Part shown: in pieces, positions 53,885 through 64,000 of the stretch
How positions within the stretch are numbered: the first letter of the stretch is position 1
Layout: each line of letters begins with the position of its first letter
Assembly: GCA_002633005.1 (NCBI GenBank)
Contig: NMRA01000483.1
Span: 175,964-239,963 of the forward strand
Reading direction: 5' to 3'
Length of the DNA: 64,000 nt
Source of the DNA: Phoronis australis
Taxonomy: Eukaryota; Animalia; Phoronida
The notes under the pieces: model-generated
What the model saw: only the letters and a program-made list of their open reading frames with translations
The model's database searches: none
Told to the model about the DNA's origin: nothing
Program-made: the position numbers and the translations under genes

Positions 53885-54022
53885 TTTCAAACACATCTGG
53901 GTCATCCTGCTTCCCAGGGCTGGCAAAATCTCTTTCACCATCGCCAAGAACAGCCATGATTTGAGCAGAGTCATCCGTGCAACTACTTTCACAGTCATCT
54001 GAGAATTTCAGGTCAGGCTGAC
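53885..54022 (-). CDS. HTT: HTT coding exon 8 of window (acidic disordered region)
   Basis: QPDLKFSDDCESSCTDDSAQIMAVLGDGERDFASPGKQDDPDVFE; ttttcag acceptor; phase 1-1 fits neighbours; low sequence homology. Confidence 0.75.
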
Positions 54023-54678
54023 CTGAAAACACAGTCAAAACCTTGAGTAAAGTGTTCATTGTGCACAGTAATAACAAATAGATATAAGTGAGACCACGAT
54101 CACTTCAACCACAAGTGCTTTCTTGCTAAAACAACAAGCACCAGTTGTTTCATTATTGTTCATGAAGGTCTTCCGACTGCTGTCGTAGCACACTGAACTA
54201 GAATGTCTCTGTCACATACCTGGTATTGTTCAGGGATTCTTAAGTCAAATCAAGTAATGTTCATTGTTTAAAAGAAGTGAAACCAATGCTCCTTTTACTT
54301 GCTGCAACAAACAAATCAGAAGAGAACTGTGTAAAAATTACACAGGAATCTTCTGGGTGTCTACTGAACATCGGCCCAGTGTTAGGTGATTGTTGTTGGT
54401 AATTTTTAAGGTTTTGAACTATGTTACCCTATGAGATAAGGATTTTAACAAATTATGCTGATTAGACGTCTCCAAAACACTCAAAAATACAAAATATGTA
54501 ACGTGAGATATACAAAGAGAAATGAAAACATGTTTCAGCAGAAAACATTATACATAGTAAATAGATTTTGCAACCACTGAAACTGTATGCACAACGCAAC
54601 TTGAGTAAGATGTTCGAAACTAGAAGCAGGTCACAATAATTTTATGTCCAAAACCTCAGATTCAGTACTATGTCTTAC

Positions 54679-54865
54679 TCTCTTGAATCGTTCTCGCTGT
54701 CTGGTCTTGCTCATATATAGTCGTCTGAGTCACTGAGCCAGCTGTTGTCAAAACAGATATTAGTTCAGGGGAAGGATGTCGGAACAGCTGCTGCAGTGTC
54801 TCCAGTGAGGCTGTTACCACGTTGTGGTTGACATGGTCCGTGTAGTGAAGCAGAAGCTCATAGAT
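54679..54865 (-). CDS. HTT: HTT coding exon 7 of window
   Basis: IYELLLHYTDHVNHNVVTASLETLQQLFRHPSPELISVLTTAGSV...; donor GTAAGA; 187 nt. Confidence 0.95.
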
Positions 54866-56563
54866 CTACAATACGAAAAACAGCAGAGCGTTAATGGGAC
54901 CACGCACAAACCCATACTCTGAGAAATCAACTAATCCATGCCAACGACAAAGTTGAAAGTCCACGTAAAAGTGGTGAAGTGTAGTGTATTGCATCACATA
55001 TGATTATGAAAAATGTGATCACCTATATATTGGCGAGACAGAGCAACCGCTCTCTTAACACATGTAGCAATACACTGGTACTTTAACTCAGTCTATTAGA
55101 GACAATTTAGCAGTCTGTGAGCATTTGAACACCTAGCAGACAAAATTTTGACATCAATAATGTGATAATTTTGGACCAAGAGAGAAGAAAGGGGTGTTAA
55201 AGAGGCCATCTGGGTGAACAAACTTAATTCTGCCCTTAATAGGCAGGAGGTGTAAGGTTGACCAATTACCCTGGAAGTCACCAACAACAATGATTGGCAA
55301 GCAAGTTCATGCTAAAAAGATCATTCTTGAGAAAGGTTGAAGAGTTGGCTGAAACGTCAAGTTACCATCTGGTAATATCAATAGTCCAGAAGAAGAGATT
55401 CATCATATTATATTTCAAGCAAGCAGTCACATATCTGGGCCCTGCTATTGCAAAAATTTGCTATGCATTACAAAACCACATGTTCCATAAGATTTTACTT
55501 TGTTGACAATTACAGGCTCAGAAACCTCTTCTTTACATAATAAGCTCAAGGTTGGTTGAGTAACCTTTCAGTTCTAAGTTGACGGATACAAGATCCTTAA
55601 ATCAAGTGTGATTTCAGATCAAGCGCATTAGTAACAGAATCAGCTAATCTGAGGCGTATCTTGAATAAAATATGTGGGAGAATAATTGAGGCAATTTCCA
55701 GGATGTCAGTAATTATGGATAGTGCCTCAAAAATTATGAGATTCCCTAAACAGATCTTTTCCAAAATATGGTTTGCACGGGAAATTCATTGCACAAGCTT
55801 GTCTTTACGTAAACTATGCTAACATTGGAAGTACTCACAAAATTATAATGTACCAAATGAGCGTGTTGGAAACACCCAGAGATGGGGTCCACAATAACGC
55901 ATCTTAGTTATTTGCAAATATGGGTACATACTTCAAGCTGCCACTAGGTGCCACAACCTCATTCAGACTTGCTGTTTGTTTTCCTTTCCTTAACAGGAAC
56001 ATGTTGCAAACCGTAATAATGTATAAATGTCAAGATATTTGGCAGACAGAGGGGTAGATGCCAAAAATGAATGACAACAAAAAATCTTCCACTAAACAAC
56101 GGTACTTACGTTTGATGAAAATTTATTTGCTAAATTTAAAGATCTACCTGTATGCAGGTGCAAAAATAGGATTGCAGTAATTTCATCCACATGAAAATTG
56201 AAGCAGTCTTGTTTTCTGTAAAACTAATACTCCTGTCTAAATTCATAGAGATCTTGTATGTTTCACTTTGGAACAGAAATTTATAATGATCCGACGCATT
56301 TTAAATTGTAGTAATTTTAAACAAAAGACAAAGTGAATAAGACAAGTCACGTGACTGGATACTGCGTAGAGATACCTTGATGTGTGTAAAAAAACCTCAC
56401 GTTGTTTTCATGGCAACTAGCCAGACTGAACACTCGGCTTGTAGTCATTCAATCCCTAGTCTCATAGTTGACTAGTAACATCATACCCTTACTTACCAAA
56501 ATTAATGCCAACAAACTGGTTCATGACCCTACTGTGCTCTCATTGACCTCTCACAATACTAAC

Positions 56564-56745
56564 CTGAAGGAATGACCTACACTTGACCTTGACCTCTTTC
56601 TCCTTCTGTGTCCGTCCAAAGCTACCTTGCATACTGGGGTCACCAGCAGTCAAAGGAACTAGATGTGGAAGCATGTGACGCAGGCACAACAGAACACCCA
56701 ACAGGCAAGGTACATGATGCTCATCGTTCACTGGAATCACCATGT
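56564..56745 (-). CDS. HTT: HTT coding exon 6 of window
   Basis: MVIPVNDEHHVPCLLGVLLCLRHMLPHL...GSFGRTQKEKEVKVKCRSFLQ; 182 nt. Confidence 0.95.
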
Positions 56746-57155
56746 CTAAAAGAAAGGACCAATACTACCTTAGTTTCACACCATCTTGGGAGCAGTTTTG
56801 GCATTAAACAAAACCGACATGCTTCGATCTACAGTCGTGTCACATTTACAAATTTCATATCAAATTAACGTGTGTTGCGATATTCAAATGATACAAATAA
56901 AAAATCAAACATCTAGAAACATTAATTTTGTGAATGAAAGACATTGAATTGCATGCTAGTTGACCGACTATTCCTTAACTTTGTGTGAACTCAGTTACCT
57001 TTCTCTAATGTCAGTCACTAACCACTCTTCACCAAAAGTACACCTGATATCAAGACATTTCAGAACCCAATTGTTAGACGATGCAAATAATAGTCTGTGC
57101 TAGTTTTAATGAGTTCTGTCTGAGAAATGTTTTGCCAAACTATGAAGATCTATAC

Positions 57156-57297
57156 CTAGAAGAACATCCAGAAGCCACTTGAAGAAAACCATGGGTTTCC
57201 TGGTGCATTGACAAATGAGACTGAGAGAACTGGCAGCAGTTCTTCGTGTGCACGCTGAGGATGATTTCAAGTTGGGTAGAAATGCCTTCAGTAGAGC
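57156..57297 (-). CDS. HTT: HTT coding exon 5 of window
   Basis: ALLKAFLPNLKSSSACTRRTAASSLSLICQCTRKPMVFFKWLLDVLL; 142 nt. Confidence 0.96.
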
Positions 57298-57748
57298 CTG
57301 CAAAACACTTGCTGTCATTGAATGCCAGATGCACATGACTTTTACACAATTCCATTTTCCTGTTTATTTCAAAACAAAGGCACACAGTATCAGTTTTTGG
57401 CTGCAATATTAACAGTTTAAATAAAACTACAAAACATTTCACCATTAGTCATATTGATTCGTGTATATACAAGTCAGAAGTTTCGCTTAATGTCAGTCAT
57501 CATCAGAGGCTATACAAATAAACGGTGATTCTTAACAATTGGATTTAGTTTATAAGGTTGACGTGGAGCCACTTATTGGTCATTGAAGATGCTTAATTGA
57601 AGCTCAACTAAACATCTGACATTGTTTGTATTGGCGTGCAAGTAATTATGAATGTTAAATTTTAAAGACAATAGAAGACATTTGTGGAAGTCATCACGAA
57701 CATCTCAAACTTCATGTACTTGACAACATGAGCAATGCACTAAGTTAC

Positions 57749-57887
57749 CTTGATTTCATTGTCAGTGGCAAAGCCCATCAACACAGGCGCTATCTTGTGC
57801 ATGGCTGTAGAGAGTGTTTCCTGAATGGCCTCCTCTTCCCGTTGACAGATGCGATTGATGCAAGGTAGCAAGTTAACTACATATGGC
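57749..57887 (-). CDS. HTT: HTT coding exon 4 of window
   Basis: PYVVNLLPCINRICQREEEAIQETLSTAMHKIAPVLMGFATDNEIK; 139 nt. Confidence 0.97.
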
Positions 57888-58177
57888 CTGAAGATAAACT
57901 CCAGTATTTAGTGTGACAGCTCAAATAATTCACCAGAAATGTGTAGATGGCATGAATGACCTCTTTTGACAGGTATCTTCTAATGAAAAAGCAAAGATAG
58001 TCAGCACAGATGACCTTTGATCAACCAAATGCCGAATTAACAACTACTGACTAAAAAGCATATTAAAATATAGTGCAATAAATATCACCTGCATAGTAAT
58101 TTGTTTACGGTGTGGGAGATCCAGGGTTTATTCCTAAGTCATGACAGGTAAATAATGCTCTCCAGCTCATCAAACAA

Positions 58178-58248
58178 TATGCATCTAGGGGTCAGTATGC
58201 ATCTAGCGGTCAGTATGCATCTATAGGTCAGTATACATCTAGGGGTCA
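58178..58248. repeat. 18-bp tandem repeat x4
   Basis: tatgcatctaggggtcag. Confidence 0.85.
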
Positions 58249-59245
58249 CTAATAGTTTCATGTGATAGACTAACTAGACCAACTTGACCACTGTGACATC
58301 AAAGTTGAAAATCAACAAGAGGTACGCATCCCAAACATCTCTCTGTCAAGGTCCATCAAAAATCGGTTAAGTCATTTTGAAAATTCGGTGGTTTCTTTGA
58401 TTTTGAATCCCACCTTAATTATGAACTCACTCGCCATCCAATGAAGAATTTTTTTTCTGTTTTTTGAACAAACCTTTGTTGACAAAAGCTATGCTTCTTA
58501 AGCCAACATAAGTGAATTTCAGAAACGGGAGGTTTCTATCACTTGAAATCCACACGCGATTGGTAAAAAAAGTAATTTATGGTTTAAACACAGACTGAGG
58601 CTTTTTAATGCACTGCGTCATGCTAACATTTGCATCTCTCACTGTTATTTTTCAGCCAAGTCGCTACGAAAATATTGGGTGAATGCCAATCCTCTGACAT
58701 GAAGAAAAACCATCCGTCTTTGTAAAAATGGCATTTATACTCAACTCTCAACTAGGGATTGATACAATAACACCAGAATGAACAAGTGCAAGGGGTAGAG
58801 GCCTACTTATCATTGCAAGATCAACATGATCTAACATATTGAAAGCGCTTGTTCAAGCATAATAGCACACATGTGACACAAACAAACAAGCAAACGTTGC
58901 GCATACCAGTATAATCGTTCAAATGAGGTGCGTAACAATCATATTTCAGTCAATCCTCTCTTTGATAATATCGTTTATAAGAGTTTGTTTTGTCATATGG
59001 TTACACTTTGTAAATGTTTCCAGTCAGAACATCTTCACCTCAGTATAAGATTAAGTTTTGAGTAGTGATTTGATTTGTAATACTTTCTTGTCACTGTCAA
59101 TATCATAAACCTCCAAGAATCTGTACATGATGTGCATTATGGTTCTAAAACAGCAAAAAAAACCCAAAAATCGTCTCATCAGTGTTCTCCACAACCTGTT
59201 TTGACTTGTCACTGCATTGAGTTTGAATGTTGCTGTCACATGTTT

Positions 59246-60923
59246 AACAAGAGCAACGCGGAGCGTTGAAAAGCATCCACGAATGCATCGCAAATTGTGA
59301 GCTTCTAGGGTTGTTTATTTGTGTCATCCAAATGGCCACTAGATGGTGCAAAAATGTACTATCCATCCGAAAACGGGACATGTCATTGCTTCTTTAATAG
59401 AAAGCTATACACCAAATTTCATAGAAATCCGTCACGGAACTTCAGAGAAACAAAGGAAAACAGCAAAAAATGAAATTGCCACTAGGGGGCACACTGTTCG
59501 TTGGATCTGCCTGAAAGTCATCATTGTCTGTTTTTAGCTTCATATAAATACACTTACTAATTAAATTTAATAAAGATCCTGCAGTGGGTTTAGGAGATAT
59601 AGCTATGGGCGCAAAACAAAACTACCACTAGGAGGCGCCACAGTAGTCAAAGTTGTCATCATCAACAGTCCTCTTCACACTGAGAACACATACGCCAATT
59701 TTCAAAATCATCCTCAGAATGATTTGGTCGATAGCGGGATAGACACCAAAATAGACTCGAAAACAGCAAAAATGGCCACTAGGTGGTGCAAAATACCTTG
59801 ATTCCATTTGAAAACAGGAGGATAGCATCATCTCACCAATAGATGCTCGTATTAAAAATTTTATGAAAATCCATTGAGGATCTTTGAAGATACAGACTCA
59901 GGGTAAACGTAAAACTAAAGTTGTCATCAGGGGGCACACCAGTAGTCAGATCCATTCGAAAATCATCGTCATCCGTTCTCAACATCATATAAACAAACTT
60001 GTTAAATTTAGTAAAGATCCTGCAAACGGTTTAGCAGATACAACCAGGGGCGAAAAAAAACAAAACTGCCACTAGGAGGCACCACAGTAGTCGAAGTCAT
60101 CAGAAAATCATCATCACCTGTTCCCTTCATAGTAAAAACATACATGCCAATTTTCACAATTATCCTGAAAGCAGTTTGGTTTCAGGGGTGGACGCCAAAA
60201 ATCAGACTCAAAAACAGAGAAGTTACAGAGTCAAACGTAAAAAAACAAAATTGCCACTAGGTGGCACACCAGTAGTCAGATCTGTCCGAAAGTCGTCGTT
60301 GTTCATTGTCATCATCACATAAATGCACTTACTAAATTTAGTAAAGATCCTGCCTATGGTTTAGGAGATACAGCCATAGGCGCAAAAAAAACTGCCACTA
60401 GGAGGCGTCATAGGAAAATCATCATCAACCGTCCTCTTCATAGTAAGAATATATATGCCAATTTTCACAATCATGCTTAGAGCGGCTTGGTTGATAGAGG
60501 GCTGGACGCTAAAAATAGACTCGAAAACAGGAAAAATGGCCACAGAGTGGCCCAAACCACGTCGAATCCATCCGAAAACAAGAGGACATCGTCGTCTCAC
60601 TAACAGGTGCCTATATACCAAATTTTGTGAAAATATGTTGCGGAACTTTGAAGATACAGAGGTAAACAAAACAATAAAATTGCCAGTAGGGGGCACACCG
60701 GTAATCGGATCCATCCGAAACTTCGCTCATGCCGTCCCACCCATAAAAGGAACATATGTGCAAAATTTCATGAACATATGTCAATTGGTTTTGGAGATAG
60801 AGCAGCGGACACCGGACGGACGCCGGACGGACGCCGGACGGACGCCGGACGGACGCTGCCCGGACGGACAGACAGAGATGACGGCATAATGCGTCCACAT
60901 ATAAATATGTGGGCGCATAAAAA
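59246..60923 (-). mobile_element. Non-autonomous Helentron/DINE-1-like element (family A), near intact, with ~145-bp internal tandem units
   Basis: One end has the palindromic subTIR atgcgtccacat-ataaat-atgtgggcgcat next to a (GGAC)n microsatellite, which is (GTCC)n on the element strand. The other end has a degenerate subTIR plus stem-loop CAACGC-GGA-GCGTTG and terminates aacaagag. AA/TT context, no TSD. Confidence 0.85.
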
Positions 60924-61185
60924 CCAAAGCAACTAGTTCGAAGTATTGCGAGATTAGACATTTTTAAAGACATTTCGGACTTTTGGTACCACTCCAATGC
61001 ATTTATTCTAAGACTTAACACACAAACTCCTACAGTATGGACATCAACTTCTGAATAATTAGTATTACATAAATTTTGTAATTCCGGTCAAGTCTGAATT
61101 TTCTATTGCGGAGAACCCTTGCTACTTTGTTTAGTCACAGTATTTATTTAGTATTCCTCTGAATGGTGCTTGAACCCTGCATTAC

Positions 61186-61325
61186 CTGCATTTCTGAGGT
61201 CGAATTAAGTAACACATTTCGGCAAATCGCCACAGTGCTGCTCGCAGTGTGCGAGATGACCCGTTCTTCTTGATCTCTTTATACAGCTCCACCTGAAGTC
61301 GACCAAGATTGGTCTCCAACAAAGT
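61186..61325 (-). CDS. HTT: HTT coding exon 3 of window
   Basis: [47 protein letters not shown]; 140 nt; not in ORF track, read manually. Confidence 0.97.
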
Positions 61326-62351
61326 CTGAAATCAAACACTTCTTGTCACTAAGAAGAGACAGAACAAATTTCCATCAAATAGGCAACGTGGCGAATCACA
61401 GAGGCATATGGGAAAAAATTGGCAAACAGAAATTTAAACCAAATAATCTGAGTGGTGCTAAACATCGTTCTAATGACTGTCTTCAGCAGAATGAAGGCAT
61501 GTCATCCATCAAAAAAAGCTGCTAAAGCCAATAACAAAAAAGTAAGCAATATAAAATATTTGAAAGCCTGGAATTATAATTGTTTAGAGCTACTGCTGGG
61601 TGTGGTATTATAACTAGCAGCTCAAAACATTGCTCTTTAATTATACTTTTTAAATGATGCTTAATAGATTACGGTGTAAAGTTTTTTAATTTGTAAAGTT
61701 TTTTAATTGGAGCAACAGTCGATATAAGCGAGTCAATGCATAACTTTACTGACTGCTGTTACGGCAATGTGAAATCTAAACCTTGAAATAAACGTATTGC
61801 AATTGCCAATTCTGTATGGAATCAATCCTGCTTGAAGAATCATGATTTTACCATTGCATCACGAGTACTTAGTATACATTCAATGAACAGAAAGCACTCA
61901 TTGATTGCAAAAATTCCACAGATACATGGTAATGCTCAAATCATGAGATCTTTGTAAACATGAAAACGTTCGAATCCAATATGTTTACTTTTTGGTTTTT
62001 AACATTTAATTTATAGAACACGCCATTTGTAGAACAGCAGGTTTATATGTGGAGAGCACAAGGCTCATGAAAGTTGTTGTTTTAATATGACCAAAAGACA
62101 GTACATGTCTTTGCATTTAAATGCCCTGTGTATGCCTTTAAAGCATGGTTACCATATCTTTCCTAAAACACAATTGGTTGATCCTTTGTCCATTGTAGTC
62201 ATTACGCAACAGGTAATCTAACCAAAGTAGAAGTTTTTCATGTCCTACTAAATATTGAACAATAGAGGAATACCTCTAGGCATTCCCAATGCTGACTTTC
62301 GTGGTGAACAAAATCAGATCGAATACTCCCAAAAGAGAACCATTTACTTAC

Positions 62352-62472
62352 CTTGACAGTCCTGTTCAAACACTCATCAGCCACCATGCGAACATCTGGC
62401 TCACCATCATCACAGAAAAGCAAGAATGTCTCAACAGCGATACCCAGAAATTTAGGAAAATCAGCTACTGAC
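62352..62472 (-). CDS. HTT: HTT coding exon 2 of window
   Basis: [40 protein letters not shown]; donor GTAAGT; 121 nt. Confidence 0.97.
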
Positions 62473-63039
62473 CTGAAATTCATCAAAGGATTGAAATCTA
62501 ATACCAATACAAATTCTTGGTAATTCTAAAGACAGAAATTCACTTGCAATTCAGACATAAACTTATTATGCAAATACCCCTACCAGGAAAATGTGGAAGG
62601 CAGGATAATGCTGGACAAGCTTGTAAGAGTTCATGAATTATTGTACAACATCAAAATGCATGCGAGGCAAGTTACCCAAAAGATTAGTGACAAACATCGG
62701 GTAATTATAACATGATTGATGGCAATGGTGATGACGATGATATACAACACTTTAAATTTTAGTTTTTAGTGACTTACTGGTGTTTAGCCTATTTTGAGAC
62801 CATTGGAATGACTCATGATAAATCACTGGAAGGTAACAAACTTAAGGCTTTGTGTACAAAGTCTTTCCTTGAAATAGTAAAGTGCATTTGAGCTAACTTT
62901 CTTTGGCCAGTTAAAAGTTTGAAGTTCAAACTTTCTCTCCATGTTCAAGTATCTGTTAAGACTTATCTAGCATTACAGAACATGCCCCAGATCTAAAAGT
63001 TTGTCAACCGACAACCTTAGTACCTATAGGACACCATAC

Positions 63040-63126
63040 CTTAAAGTCGGTGAACAAATGCAGTCCGCAATAACATTACAATTTGCTATCTTCTCTTTTT
63101 TGGTTGGGGGTAGATGCTCCTTTTTA
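63040..63126 (-). CDS. HTT: HTT coding exon 1 of window (human exon 2 equivalent)
   Basis: KKEHLPPTKKEKIANCNVIADCICSPTLR; tttcag acceptor, AG|GTATGG donor; 87 nt. Confidence 0.9.
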
Positions 63127-63898
63127 CTGAAATAAAAACAATGCAGACAATAAGCAGAGCTGAAAATGAGAGAAACAAGTTCTTGGAATAATTCATTAAA
63201 CATCAATTAAAACAAGGCTGTATGACCACCTTTCTCCTGTTAATAAACAACAAGCCAACGTTAAGACAAGTAACCTGTTCTAATACTACAAGCTTTTTAA
63301 CTTTCAGTTCCAACTTCTCAGCACTTTCACACGAAAGCCAGTATACACTCAGACTGTCTCAGAGACAATAGCTCGTCAAGATGATAGTTGAAGTCTAATA
63401 CCCACCACTTAATGTATATCCTGCGCTAAATCACTAGCCTAACCAGAATTAATCACCCATCAAAACACTACTTAAAAACCAATTGGCATCAAGTAATGAG
63501 ATCAAATTCAATTTCACATTAATTATTTTTAATTTTTATACAAACTAAAGGTAGCTAACTGTTGAAACAAATAGCAGATCAGATCTTAAAGATTATCGTT
63601 TGCAAAGGCATCCTATCAGAAATCTTAAGACTTTTCAATTTTCACACTTCTTGTCTGCCACAAATTAAGCAGTCAAACATTTTGGGGGTACTGGAATATA
63701 CAAAAACAAGACATAAGTAATCATACACACCATTTCCCTAAAATGACAGCTAATTCTGTTAACAGCAAAAGTAACTGGTAATAACTGTTATGAGAAAATT
63801 TTAATTACAGAATGACTTAGACGCCATACCAACCTTCTTGTTAATTCCGATTCATTCTGGCTCATCACAGAAAACTACTCTGACAGTGAATTTGGCTC

Positions 63899-63974
63899 TT
63901 GTCTTGATGTTATAATGAGGATTTTCAATCAATTTGTCTTGACGTTATAATGAGGACTTTCAATCAATTTGTCT
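63899..63974. repeat. 35-bp tandem duplication
   Basis: ttgtcttgaYgttataatgaggaYtttcaatcaat x2. Confidence 0.85.
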
Positions 63975-64000
63975 GGATTCTTAGTAGATGGACTTAAATA

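Larger units (their letters stand above)
2210..63126 (-). other. HTT: Huntingtin orthologue, partial gene span (34 coding exons in window; 5' and 3' ends outside)
   Basis: Exons translate to hallmark HTT segments ([88 protein letters not shown]) in the human order. All junction phases are compatible. Confidence 0.98.

Noticed and set aside
60361-61021. ORFs of 117-144 aa on both strands (also 21182-21635, 16715-17110, 14750-15142)
   Set aside because: They lie in non-coding Helentron-like repeats and the GGAC microsatellite; no Rep/helicase motifs; frames are not preserved between copies.
2210-63126. U12-type introns
   Set aside because: None of the 34 donors matches GTATCCT or ATATCCT.
63127-64000. 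HTT exon 1 with N17/polyQ
   Set aside because: No MATLEKL-like or CAG-rich sequence seen; exon 1 must be beyond the window, so polyQ status cannot be judged.

Overview
AT-rich animal genomic DNA, probably an invertebrate and possibly a lophotrochozoan (inferred, not certain). The window lies entirely inside one huntingtin (HTT) orthologue on the minus strand. I traced 34 GT-AG coding exons (63126 down to 2210; 5511 nt, about 1836 codons) that splice in one continuous frame. They run from the equivalent of human exon 2 through the N-HEAT domain into the bridge domain. Exon 1 (N17/polyQ) and the 3' part of the gene are outside the window. The introns are dense with transposon relics: non-autonomous Helentron/DINE-1-like elements, a TTAA-flanked Kolobok-like element, two inverted AT-flanked ISL2EU-like elements, Harbinger-like MITEs, tRNA-derived SINEs and micro/minisatellites. 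There is an 85-N gap at 20946-21030. The most striking observation is that the dominant Helentron-like family is built from ~145-bp tandem units, each carrying a near-consensus CTCF motif (CCACYAGRKGGC). The units form an ABC higher-order repeat, and almost all copies point the same way across the gene.
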